Below are positions 1-10,369 of a DNA stretch of 64,000 nt, one piece after another. A program made the translations under genes and the position numbers. Every line of letters begins with the position of its first letter. The stretch's first letter is position 1. The notes below the pieces were generated by a model. That model was given only the letters and a program-made list of their open reading frames with translations, had not been told where the DNA came from and ran no database searches. The DNA comes from Candidatus Poribacteria bacterium (GTDB lineage Bacteria; Poribacteria; WGA-4E; PCPOR2b), in contig OZ242351.1 in the NCBI GenBank assembly GCA_965208675.1, forward strand, positions 1,888,001-1,952,000, in the 5' to 3' direction.

Positions 1-1134
1 ATTAATGTCCGATGTCTGCGCAGTCTCGCAATCAGTGACAGCATTATTCGTGAAATAAAACATCAACATCGAGCCGACTCGGTTGTGGCAAGCATCAATG
101 CCGGCCCGATCCGTCGCATCTTTTAGCCCTTCAGCGAGTGCTTGCGCGCGACCTTCGAGTTGTTCGTAAACACCGGGTTCAGCAAGTGTTTTCAGCGCGG
201 CAATCCCGGCGGACATCGCCAGCGGATTGCCGGATAGCGTACCAGCCTGGTAAACATCGCCGATAGGGGCTACGCTTTGCATGATTTCTTTTTTTCCGCC
301 GTACGCGCCAACCGGCATCCCTCCTCCGATAATTTTGCCTAAACATGTCATATCGGGAATGGCGCCGTATCGGGATTGCGCCCCGCCGTACGCTACCCGA
401 AATCCGGTGATGACTTCGTCGAAAATCAGGAGAATGCCGTGTTCAGACGTAATCTCTCTAAGTTCAGCCAAGTAGCCGTCATGCGGCGGAATCACGCCCA
501 TATTTCCTGCAATCGGCTCGATGATTAGACAGGCAACTTGATTGTGGTTCGCTTCGATTGTTCGGCACACTGCGTCGGCGTCATTAAAAGGAACCACTAG
601 CGTGTGACTCGTAAAATCTGTGGGGACTCCCGCACAATCTGGAAGCCCAAACGTTGCGACACCGGAGCCGGCTTTGGCGAGTAGCGCATCAACATGCCCG
701 TGATAACAGCCTGCAATTTTGATGACCTTGTCGCGCCCCGTATACCCGCGCGCCACACGGATAGCGCTCATTGTCGCCTCCGTACCGGAATTGACCATCC
801 TAACCAACTCAATCGAGGGCACCGCATTCACGATTAGCTCGGCGAGTTCAGTTTCTAACGCCGTCGGTGCGCCGAAACTGGTGCCGTTCTCCATTGTGCC
901 GCTGATTGCGTCCACAACTCGCGGGTGGGCGTGTCCGAGGATTAATGGCCCCCACGACGCAACATAATCAATATACTCATTTCCATCAATGTCAACAATT
1001 GTCGATCCATTGCCGCTTTGAATAAAAAGGGGATTGCCGCCGACCGCGCGAAAGTTCCGCACCGGGCTATTGACGCCGCCGGGAATGAACTGTTGGGATT
1101 TTTTCCACGCTTCTAAGGACTTGGGGTTGTTCAA
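1..1134 (-). CDS. hemL: Glutamate-1-semialdehyde 2,1-aminomutase, 3' end runs off the window
   Basis: Not in the ORF track because it has no stop in the window. Manual translation from TTG at 1134 gives (M)[25 protein letters not shown]...[16 protein letters not shown]...[24 protein letters not shown]...[21 protein letters not shown] at 1141-1147; directly downstream of hemB. Confidence 0.96.
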   Translation of the reverse strand, partial: MNNPKSLEAWKKSQQFIPGGVNSPVRNFRAVGGNPLFIQSGNGSTIVDIDGNEYIDYVASWGPLILGHAHPRVVDAISGTMENGTSFGAPTALETELAELIVNAVPSIELVRMVNSGTEATMSAIRVARGYTGRDKVIKIAGCYHGHVDALLAKAGSGVATFGLPDCAGVPTDFTSHTLVVPFNDADAVCRTIEANHNQVACLIIEPIAGNMGVIPPHDGYLAELREITSEHGILLIFDEVITGFRVAYGGAQSRYGAIPDMTCLGKIIGGGMPVGAYGGKKEIMQSVAPIGDVYQAGTLSGNPLAMSAGIAALKTLAEPGVYEQLEGRAQALAEGLKDATDRAGIDACHNRVGSMLMFYFTNNAVTDCETAQTSDIN

Positions 1135-1152
1135 CGGGTTCCTCCTCTGAGA

Positions 1153-2130
1153 TTATCCTTCAAGCCATTCCACAACCGACTTCGCAAAGTAAGTCAAAAT
1201 TATGTCCGCGCCTGCACGTTTAATGCTTGTGAGCACCTCAAGTGCAACCTGCCGTTCATCAATCCAACCGTTCTGTGCGGCGGCTTTAATCATCGCATAT
1301 TCCCCGCTCACGTTATACGCAGCAATCGGCACCTGAAAACTCTCTTTCACGCGCGAAATTACGTCAAGATAGGAAAGTGCAGGTTTGACCATGAGAATGT
1401 CTGCGCCTTCGTCAAGATCCAACCCCACCTCCCGCAGCGCTTCGTCAGAATTCGAAGGATCCATTTGATAAGAGCGGCGGTCGCCGAACTGAGGGGCGGA
1501 TTCCGCAGCCTCACGGAAGGGTCCGTAAAAGGCCGAGGCGTATTTCGCGGCGTACGCCATTATTGGAATCTGTTCGTATCCATTTTCATCCAGCGCCCTC
1601 CGAATAGCGCCAATTCGCCCGTCCATCATGTCCGAAGGCGCGATGACATCCGCTCCTGCACGGGCGTGGGACAGCGCTGCCTTGGCTAGCAGCGATAAAG
1701 TCGCATCATTCAGCACTTCTCCCTCATGAACAACACCGCAATGTCCGTGATCCGTATATTCGCAGAGACAGACATCGGTCATCACGAGGAGATTCGGTAC
1801 GGCATCCTTGACCGCTCGAATTGCTTGCTGGATAATCCCATCCTCAGCATAAGCCTGCGAGCCGGATGCATCCTTGTATTGTGGAATCCCGAAAAGGATG
1901 GTGCCCGGAATCCCAAGGCCAACCAATGTTCTCGCCGCCTTGACGAGCCGGTCGACGGAGTATTGAAAACATCCTGGCATTGACGGGATTTCATGCGCAA
2001 CATCTACTCCATGAACAACAAACATGGGGTAGATTAAGTCATCGGTGCACAGTGTCGTTTCACGAACCAATCGCCGCACGTTCTCGTTGGCACGCAGACG
2101 ACGTGGTCGGTAGATTGGAAATTGGCTCAT
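1153..2130 (-). CDS. hemB: Porphobilinogen synthase (ALA dehydratase)
   Basis: [20 protein letters not shown] Zn site, [35 protein letters not shown] motifs. Confidence 0.98.
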   Translation of the reverse strand: MSQFPIYRPRRLRANENVRRLVRETTLCTDDLIYPMFVVHGVDVAHEIPSMPGCFQYSVDRLVKAARTLVGLGIPGTILFGIPQYKDASGSQAYAEDGIIQQAIRAVKDAVPNLLVMTDVCLCEYTDHGHCGVVHEGEVLNDATLSLLAKAALSHARAGADVIAPSDMMDGRIGAIRRALDENGYEQIPIMAYAAKYASAFYGPFREAAESAPQFGDRRSYQMDPSNSDEALREVGLDLDEGADILMVKPALSYLDVISRVKESFQVPIAAYNVSGEYAMIKAAAQNGWIDERQVALEVLTSIKRAGADIILTYFAKSVVEWLEG

Positions 2131-2405
2131 CCTTCATTCCTCGATTCAGGGATTTCGGTGTAACCCTACTCGCGTATCACCATCTACCTTACCAAAGTAA
2201 AATGTCCGAATCTCTTTACCGTCCGAACCGTAAATTGCTAATTTAAAATCTCCCGGTTCTGCCAACTGAAACGGAATCCATGTTTCAGGATTAAATGGAT
2301 TTTTGATTCCTCCCATTTGGGCGGCAGATTCCGTAAATTAGACCGTTCCTGAATCATAATCTGTCTCACGAAAATCTACCAAAACGTGCACGTATTCAGG
2401 AATCG

Positions 2406-3083
2406 TCAAACGACTGATTTCGAAGTCGTCTCGCATTCATGTTGCAAAAAGTAGGAGAGCCGTTCCAGTTCTATTGAAAAATCGACGTTCCTCAATTTGA
2501 TGCGACGAGGCGCCGACAGTCGAGCCGGGGCAAAATTAAGAATCGAGCGGACACCCGCTAAAACAAATACATCTAGTACATTCTGAGCCGCCTGCGGCGG
2601 AACTGCGATTATTCCAATCTCTATCTGCTCGCATTCGACAATCTGAGGCAGCCGATTAGGATTATAGATGACCACATTGTTGATGACCCGATCCCATTTT
2701 CGTGCATCGTTGTCAAACGCAGCGACAATTTCAAAATTGTGTTCACTCAGAACCCGGTAACCGAGCAAGGCACTGCCTAAATTCCCTACGCCGACAAGCG
2801 CAATCCTTCGGCGCACGTGAACGCCGAGAATCTCGTTAATCGACCGTCCGAGCGCGCAAACCTCATATCCAATCCCCCGCTTACCAAACTGCCCGAAATA
2901 GGCAAGATCCCTCCGAATCTGCGTTGCCGGAAAATTGATTCGTTCCGATAAATCACGTGACGAAACAACGGTCGTTCCCTCTTCCTCTAGTGTTGCGAGG
3001 AGTCGAGAGTATAGAGATAGCCGATGAATTGTCCCTTCGGAGATGGTTTCAGACTGAAAAGAACTTGGGCGCGATTCTAGCAT
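2406..3083 (-). CDS. rex: Redox-sensing transcriptional repressor Rex
   Basis: TIHRLSLY, QIRRDLAYFGQFGKRGIGY HTH, VGVGNLG Rossmann, ILNFAP. Start moved from 3167 to ATG 3083 because a sigma-70 promoter lies at 3118-3146. Confidence 0.95.
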   Translation of the reverse strand: MLESRPSSFQSETISEGTIHRLSLYSRLLATLEEEGTTVVSSRDLSERINFPATQIRRDLAYFGQFGKRGIGYEVCALGRSINEILGVHVRRRIALVGVGNLGSALLGYRVLSEHNFEIVAAFDNDARKWDRVINNVVIYNPNRLPQIVECEQIEIGIIAVPPQAAQNVLDVFVLAGVRSILNFAPARLSAPRRIKLRNVDFSIELERLSYFLQHECETTSKSVV

Positions 3084-3117
3084 TAGACCAAACTTCAAGG
3101 CGTAAAAAGATTGGTAC

Positions 3118-3146
3118 ATTATAACTGATCTATACATCGAGCGCAA
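3118..3146 (-). promoter_or_regulatory. Putative sigma-70 promoter of rex
   Basis: Minus strand TTGCGC-N17-TATAAT. Confidence 0.55.
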
Positions 3147-3331
3147 GAAAAAGCGGAAGTAAAACACGGAATCTCGTGGGCAGGTAAATCGACGTGGAGA
3201 ATGCCCGCGGCATCAACCTGCTGGACATGAAGTGAGGATAATGAAGTGAATAAAAGGGAAAAAATAACCGGGGAGATTACAGGCTGTTTACCATGAACGA
3301 ATGCGAATCCGAGCGTTTGTTTAGCGCACTG

Positions 3332-3934
3332 TTATGTGCCATTGGAAGCCAAATTCCAGAGCCGTTCGACCAAACTTGCCAGCGGCAGACCGACCACGTT
3401 GAAATAACAGCCTTCGATGCGTTCGACAAATGCAGCCGCCCGCCCTTGAACGCCATAAGCGCCTGCTTTATCCAACACCTCGCCGCTGCCGGCGTACGCC
3501 AATATTTCGCGTTGATGCAACTTCCTAAACTGAACCACAGTCTTTTCACGCCACACGATTTCACGCTTTCGCTCGAGATCCACCAGAGCGACGCCAGTTA
3601 TCACTTCATGGCGCACTCCGCTTAGTTGCGTCAGTATCTCAATCGCGTGTTCTTCGTGCTCCGGCTTGCCGATGACCTGCTGATTGATGACCACAATGGT
3701 GTCCGCACCGATGACAAGCCCGTGCTTGAGGTTCGCCGAAACTGCTTTAGCCTTCGCCAGAGCAAGTATCTGTACACCCGTATCGGGCGGCGCGTGAATG
3801 GTCTCCGATTCATCGACACCGCTCGGGCAGATTTGGAACTCAAACCCAATCTGTCTCAGTAGGTTAGCACGCCGTGGTGACGCCGAAGCGAGCACAATCT
3901 TGGGAAAATGTTCGAGCAAGTCAGATTTAATCAT
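3332..3934 (-). CDS. maf: Maf-family nucleoside triphosphate pyrophosphatase
   Basis: LASASPRR, IGADTIV, GKP, DKAGAYGVQG, NVVGLP motifs. Confidence 0.95.
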   Translation of the reverse strand: MIKSDLLEHFPKIVLASASPRRANLLRQIGFEFQICPSGVDESETIHAPPDTGVQILALAKAKAVSANLKHGLVIGADTIVVINQQVIGKPEHEEHAIEILTQLSGVRHEVITGVALVDLERKREIVWREKTVVQFRKLHQREILAYAGSGEVLDKAGAYGVQGRAAAFVERIEGCYFNVVGLPLASLVERLWNLASNGT

Positions 3935-3943
3935 GGAAGACGT

Positions 3944-4231
3944 TCAGTTTAACCGATACCACCGACGCTTACCTTCAGACCTAACCTGCACCAGCTCGGC
4001 TTTCATGAGCTCCTCCAAGCCCTGATCAATTTCTTCTTTGGATAGACCAGCAAACCGCCTCACTCGGTGATGCAGCCGAGGGGCGCGAAACCACTCCTGT
4101 ACTTTGGGCGGAACGTCTTTATCCCGAAAAACACCGAGTGCACTGTACAGGCAGAGCGCTGCCGAAGAAAGCTCTACCAACGGGTTAACAGTTGTGTTGT
4201 GGGGTTCGATTCCTGGCATAGCGGTCGTCAC
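3944..4231 (-). CDS. Hypothetical protein, possible winged helix-turn-helix
   Basis: GGAAGG RBS before GTG; tightly packed upstream of maf; C-terminus GLSKEEIDQGLEELMKAELVQVRSEGKRRWYRL resembles a recognition helix plus wing. Confidence 0.6.
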   Translation of the reverse strand: MTTAMPGIEPHNTTVNPLVELSSAALCLYSALGVFRDKDVPPKVQEWFRAPRLHHRVRRFAGLSKEEIDQGLEELMKAELVQVRSEGKRRWYRLN

Positions 4232-4487
4232 TTCCTTCCGTTAATTGCGTTGACATCGCAATTGATATACGTTCAAACCCAACAAACCGTTTCGATAATA
4301 AGCGTTAAAAGCGGAATCGTCCTAATTAACTTGGACGCAAATGTACACGATTCAGTTGAATCCGCTGATTTATTGTGTTAAAATTCCGTATTAACGTTAT
4401 GAAATAGGATTTTAGTTGCGAGAATCGGGATGGGCTGAAACTACCAGTTTATCCCAGCGATTCGGACAAGGAAGGAGGCAAACTACA

Positions 4488-4832
4488 ATGGCAAGTTTAT
4501 CAAATGAAAAATGTGTCGCCTGCCGCCGTGACGCACCGCTAGTCACGGAAGCGGAGATCGCCAAACTTAAACCGCAAATTCCCCAATGGCACCTAATCGA
4601 ACGAGCGGGCATCAATCGGTTGGAACACACATTTCAATTCTCGAATTTCGCCCAAGCGTTGACATTTACAGGCAGGGTCGGTGAGTTAGCGGAGACAGAA
4701 GGTCATCACCCGGCAATCCTGACGGAGTGGGGCAGCGTCACAGTGACGTGGTGGACACACAAGATTAGAGGGCTGCATCGCAACGATTTCATCATGGCCG
4801 CAAAGACCGATCAGATTTATTCATCGTTATAA
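4488..4832 (+). CDS. phhB: Pterin-4-alpha-carbinolamine dehydratase
   Basis: CVAC N-terminus, [26 protein letters not shown]; AGGAGG RBS before ATG 4488. Confidence 0.93.
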   Translation: MASLSNEKCVACRRDAPLVTEAEIAKLKPQIPQWHLIERAGINRLEHTFQFSNFAQALTFTGRVGELAETEGHHPAILTEWGSVTVTWWTHKIRGLHRNDFIMAAKTDQIYSSL

Positions 4833-4849
4833 TATTAAGGCTGCTAATC

Positions 4850-5398
4850 ATGAGTGTCTTCCGTGACCATTACATCGGCGGGCTGGTCGCCTACGGCTGG
4901 TTTTTCGTTATTTCAGTCGGCGCATCGTTAACTAGCCATTATTTACTTCAATACCCAATAGATTGGAATCCAACTATCTCTTTGGACCCGTGGAAAATTG
5001 GGGGCTGTTTCACCATTGCTGTGCTGTCAGGGATGTGGCCCGACGTAGATATCAAGAGCAAGAGCCAATCCATCTTCTATCGAATCTTTCTTGCATTCAA
5101 CCTGATTTTGATTTGGCGTGAACACTATATCGAATCGGCGTTTCTCGGACTCTTCGCGATGCTGCCGCTCATCGGGAAACATCGGGGCTGGACGCATTCC
5201 CGGCTGACTATGCTGCTACTGCCTGCAATTTTTCTGATTATTCCATTTTGTTTGGAGCGTGAGATTTTCAATCCTATGCAACTCTTGTCCTCACTCAGCC
5301 TCGATCTGATTAAGGATGAACTGCCCTTCTACGCCGCTAGCGTCATCGGGTACGCAACCCACCTGCACCTTGATGGCATCCTTCTTCGTTTCCGCTAA
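4850..5398 (+). CDS. Inner-membrane metal-dependent hydrolase (YdjM-like)
   Basis: PDVD, HRGWTHS and GYATHLHLD motifs between hydrophobic segments. Confidence 0.8.
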   Translation: MSVFRDHYIGGLVAYGWFFVISVGASLTSHYLLQYPIDWNPTISLDPWKIGGCFTIAVLSGMWPDVDIKSKSQSIFYRIFLAFNLILIWREHYIESAFLGLFAMLPLIGKHRGWTHSRLTMLLLPAIFLIIPFCLEREIFNPMQLLSSLSLDLIKDELPFYAASVIGYATHLHLDGILLRFR

Positions 5399-5431
5399 GC
5401 GCAATGGCGTAGACGAAAAATCCCGCCATTT

Positions 5432-5830
5432 TCACCGTTGCTTGAGTTTCGCCCACATCATAAACCGCTTAACTCGCGGCTCCACCGTCCTTGGCGGCGG
5501 ATGCGATTCCGCATCCCACGGTTTTGTTGGCGGGTCTGCGTTGAATTCCTCGTCGTTCGTGAACCCATCCCCGTCCGAGTCCTTCTGGCCAAGTTCCTTC
5601 GTATACCGGTCGCCTGCGGGGAGAGCAATTTCTCTGTAATCATTGCCGAAGGCGTTTTGCGCCCCACCCCCAGCCGGATCATTGTGACATGTGGCGCAAT
5701 TCCAATTTTTCCCTTTGTCCGGCAGCTTTTCTAGTCGGAAAGCGCGGCTGCTCGAAACCGATACCCAAATCCACAAAAGGAAGCATGTTGAGACAATAAA
5801 CAAAAGCGAAATTAACTTGATCGATTTCAT
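5432..5830 (-). CDS. Small secreted CxxCH protein with DSDGDG calcium loop
   Basis: Signal peptide, CATCH, GGGAQNAFGNDY, DSDGDGFTNDEE, C-terminal VEPRVKRFMMWAKLKQR. Confidence 0.8.
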   Translation of the reverse strand: MKSIKLISLLFIVSTCFLLWIWVSVSSSRAFRLEKLPDKGKNWNCATCHNDPAGGGAQNAFGNDYREIALPAGDRYTKELGQKDSDGDGFTNDEEFNADPPTKPWDAESHPPPRTVEPRVKRFMMWAKLKQR

Positions 5831-5888
5831 CTTTAGGTTCCTTATTCATTTAGTTCTCGGTATGACTGCCACCATCTATCATTTGATA

Positions 5889-8800
5889 TTATTTTCTTAT
5901 TGACATCTTACGCGTCGCGGTGAAGTCGTTTGCCTTCAGCGTGCAAAAATAGAGTCCGCTAGCCACGGACTCTCCGCGCTGATTGCGACCGTCCCAATGG
6001 ACAGCGCGGTTGCGGTTTTGGTACAATCCCGCCGCGTGATGCCCCAACTCCAAAAGCCGAACCACCGCTCCGTTCATATCATAAATCGTTAGTGTCACCT
6101 CCGCGGGTGTTGCCAACTGATAAGGTATCCAAGTTTCCGGATTGAACGGATTCGGGTAGTTCGCTTGCAACAAGGTCTCTTGGGGGATTAGCGTGGCTAA
6201 CAGTGCCTCAAGGTTTTCAATGCCCTTTCGAAAGACAATCGAACCGTCATCTTCAAGCCGCGCCTGTGCAATCCACGCTTCTACCGTGGCGGCATCTATG
6301 TGTCCTTTCGCAACTGCAGGCGCGGCGACGCCGCCAAACCCCTTCGCTACTAGAGCAAGGTCGAAAATGTCAACCATCCCATCGCCATTAATATCCACGT
6401 CCGAATTGGCGGGCACGCTCTCGCCAAACTGTCGTGCAACCAGAATCAAATCAAAAATATCAATATCACCGTCACCATTTACATCTCCACTCCGTAGCCG
6501 TTGCTCCACAGTAATGAAAACTTCAAGCGGTGCCGCAGGAATGTTTTCTCCGGCGCTCGACCCAAATTTGAAGTTCTGCAATTCCTAATCCGTTTCGCCT
6601 ATAGATTTCGACTTAAAGGTCACGTGTAGGATGGCGCCGCTGCCACTCACGCCGCGTTCTGCAAGAAGCGCCGCTTTAAGCCCTGTAATTTTTCCCGCTG
6701 TGTTGTCAATGCGACCCACCTGAAAGAATGTTGCGCCGCCATCGGACTTCAGAAATTCACCTTCATTAACCTCAACAGCTTCAAGTCGAGCGGGGTCGAA
6801 GGCGATATCAAACTGCCAACCTGAAAAGTCGGAGACATTTTCTGCACGGACATCGAAGTTAAAGGTTCCGCCGAGGTAGATTGGCACCTCGGAAAATGCG
6901 TATCCTATACCGGTCGCTAACGTGTATTCGGTGCCGGGTTCAAATCCGAAAAAAGAATTATAGTTGGCTTCAATCGCCACTAGTAAGACATTTTTGCCTT
7001 GCCGAAGGGTGACCGGGAGAAAATCCGTGTAATCAAACGACGCATGGTAATCGAGGGACTCGTAAATCATATCTCCGTTGAGCAATACCCGAAAACTGTT
7101 ATGGCTGCCAACATATAACGTGGTTTCTTGTTGCCGCGGTGAATAAACGGACACGGTGCCATAGACGATGGCGCCATCAATGCGGCCGCCAAGCATTTGC
7201 TCCACGTTGTCATCCCCCGTAGGCGGCAATCGGCGGGAGGTCCAAACATCATTTCCGACCGAATCTCCAGCAGCTGCCCCTTGTGTAGCAACCTCGACTT
7301 CTGTCACTCTGCCTCTACTCGCTTTTGCCAATGAATCCGTATCCGCGAGAAGTCGCGTATCTGGTATTGTAACCCATAACCAGGGGCCCTCTATTTTCGG
7401 AGCTTCGGTGGGAAACACCGGATTACTGTGCCAAACGATCGTCGTATTCTCGCGTAACGCATTCAAAGGCGAAATATCAGAGATTTTGTTTACATAGAGC
7501 CCAAGCCATTTCAAGTTGGTTAACCCTGAAAGCGGCGTCACGTCCGAGATGTCGTTTTGTGCAACATTTAGCCACTTCAAGTTGGTTAACCCTGAAAGCG
7601 GCGATATATCGGATATGTCATTGACTGCAAGATTCAGATGATTTAATTCGGTTAGTCCTGAAAGAGGCGGTAAATCCGAGATTTGATTGGCATCAACGGC
7701 TAACCACTTCAAGTTGGTTAACCCTGAAAGCGGCGAAAGATTCGTTACCTGATTACTACCAAGGTGTAACCATTTCAGGTGAGTTAACTCCGCAAGGGGA
7801 TACAGGTCGGATACCTGATTACCACGAAAGTCTAGGCGCGTGACATTCGTTAACTCGATCAGCGGCGACAGATCTGACACCTGATTACCAGCAAGTTCAA
7901 GGTGCGTGAGGTTTGTTAACTTCCTTACGGGCGATAGGTCAGATATCTGATTAATTCGAGCCCAGAGTTCGCGTAATTCGATTAAGCCTGCGATTGGCGT
8001 TAGGTCGGATATGTTGTTACCCCAAATAGATAAAAACTCCAGATCTATCAATCTTGCAATTTCCGATAGGTCGGATACCTGATTATCACCAACATCTAGG
8101 TGTGTGAGATTCGTTAACCCCTTCACGGGCGATAGGTCGGATACTTGATTGTGAGGTATAATTAACCGAGTTAGCCCTTGTGCATGCTGCAACCCTGTCA
8201 AATTGCGCACACTCTTGTGCCGAATATCAATGATTCTCAGCTCTCCCATTTCCTCCACGGTAATCGGCGCGTTGGCGCTTTTGCCAAGCGACTCCGCAAT
8301 GGCTGCGCGCAGATTCGCATCCGGGATATTGACATGTGCACCCGGCAACTCATCTGGCGGCGTCACGTCGGAGGGCTCGCCAACCTCCAATGCATACATC
8401 ACATCTCGAAAACTTGTGGTCCAGACATCACGTTTCACGCTGCCGTTCGCACTATCTAAAGCTAACAAACCCAAGTTTTGTAACGCTATACTCTCACGAA
8501 TCTTCTGCAGGAAGGTCTCGACCTGCAACCCAACTACGGCAGCGGCATAGGCTGCGTCCACAGGTCCGTGAAACACGTCGTGGAAACGTGATATCGGCTC
8601 AACCCCGCCAAACTCACCACCCGTAGCTTCAAGCGCGTCACGGTAGCGGTTTATATCTTTTTCCACACGGGCATCCATGTCTGACTTTTGAACGTAGAGT
8701 CGTAATGCTTGCGCTTTGTCGTAAGGCGGGTTGGCGTGGCTTTCAATCGCGGAACGCACTTCGTCTTCGAATTTATTCATGCCCTCAATGTGGCAGCCAA

Positions 8801-10052
8801 AACAGGAAATTCCGTTGCGCACCGTCGGGTCGCTCGCGGCGGGGTTGGAAACGATGTTTATCGGGGCTTCATTCAACCGTTCTCCGGACTCATCGACAAT
8901 TAAGTATCCTTGCAAGCCGTTTGGCAGATTGAAGATAATCTCCCCGCCATCTTGCGTAAAATCCAGCGGGTGTGTAAAGATGTTTTGCGTTCCGATATTT
9001 CCGGCAAAGTCATAGCTTTTCCAATACGCCCCATATCGAGAGGCATGGCGTTCTACCACTCGGTTGTTATTAGAGACGCCTGAATTGTTGAACCCCGCCC
9101 GCCAAACGTGAACCCCCGGTGCATTGTTAAGGTTTCGTTCGACATTGACCTCCAATCGGCTTTCCAACTCACTGTCCGTAAACGGCAGAGAAAGCAGGTC
9201 GTGGTAGAGCGGAGGGCTAGACGCGGTTGCAAGAAACCAGTCAATATGAACCGACGGTATGACGCAGTTCATCTCCGTCTGTAACCTTGCCAGTTGTTCC
9301 TGCAGCGCGGTCTGTGCCGGTGCGTCAAACGAAATATGGTAGGGATACACATCTTCTATTTTCGTCCAGCCATCATCGACATCCCACTCGTAGTGCCGAA
9401 GATCGATGTAAAATATCGTCTGTTGCGGGTCAATGGGTTGTGGGTTGGTGACTTCACTCCCCCATGAGAGGCTATTGATTAGTTTGGAGAGTGCATTGCG
9501 GTACTCACGAAGTATCTCCACGCGCTCGTCTATGTTATAGAGATGAGTAAGTGTCAAGTAGCGGGCGAAGGATCGGTCAAACGGTGCGAGCGACATGAGG
9601 TGGGATTCAATGGTAACGAGTATTTCACCGGGGGAGATGAACTGCCTATCGGTTATTGGTGCCGCCGCCCAATCGCGCGCGCCGGTTAATATCCAGCGTC
9701 GAATGATGTCAATGGACTGGGCGGGCAAGGGCTCCGCTGCAAGTGGCATTTGTAACCCGCCGTCCTCAGTGGGACCTAGCAGGCGTTTGTACAAATCGGA
9801 GCCATCGGGGTTGCCTGGAATAACCGTACTCCCTTCTATGAGCAAGTCGTATTCCATAAGGAGTACGTCTCGGTAGGCGCCATCGGGACCGTGGCAGTTA
9901 AGACAGTTTTGCTCAAAGATGGCATAAGCATCTTGGGCTAGATGCGATTGGGCGAATATGTGTTGAGAACCTGCGATAATGAGAATTAGAGCGAAAAATG
10001 CGATGCGATACTGAGCCCCAATCGGAGTTGATGAAAAATTCAATTTGAACAT
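5889..10052 (-). pseudogene. Secreted cytochrome c/LRR/cohesin/dockerin/FlgD-CTD protein interrupted by one in-frame TAG (6585-6587)
   Basis: ORFs 6585-10052 and 5889-6581 are in the same frame: ...GAT TAG GAA TTG CAG AAC. Domains: signal peptide, CLNCH and CFGCH, about 12 internalin-type LRRs, cohesin-like GWQFDIAFDP, dockerin GDVNGDGDIDIFDL, NYPNPFNPETWIPYQL tail. Confidence 0.82.
7440..8300 (-). repeat. 66-bp (22-aa) leucine-rich repeat array
   Basis: LxxLxLxxNxISDLSPL period; a 34-nt block recurs almost identically at 7504, 7570 and 7702. Boundaries approximate. Confidence 0.9.
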
Positions 10053-10369
10053 ATTGTCCTCATTTTCACAAATTTAATTCAGAGGCGAGAAAAACAAGTC
10101 TATTTCAGAATTCTCTCATTCCGTTCCCCACTATTCATTACAAAAATAATAACTGAACCGCTATATCCTGTCAATATGAAATATTCTATTTGTTTTTTAT
10201 AATGCCAACTGTCACTTGCATAGGGACGCCGATTCTCGGGATAATTTTTCTCTATACGCTTCGCAATTATGCTACAATGTGATTTGTTGTGGGAGTGCGA
10301 GTCCATTCGGCAATGGATTAAATTGTTCATCGGACAAAATTACGTTCAATAAAGGGATTACTACATTAT

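Noticed and set aside
4190-4225. tRNA-like GGTTCGATTCC T-loop
   Set aside because: No acceptor, D or anticodon stems can be built, and it lies antisense within a probable CDS.
5889-6581. Independent 230-aa dockerin/CTD gene
   Set aside because: No signal peptide or clear RBS; it begins mid-cohesin and in frame with the upstream ORF, so it is treated as the tail of one interrupted gene.
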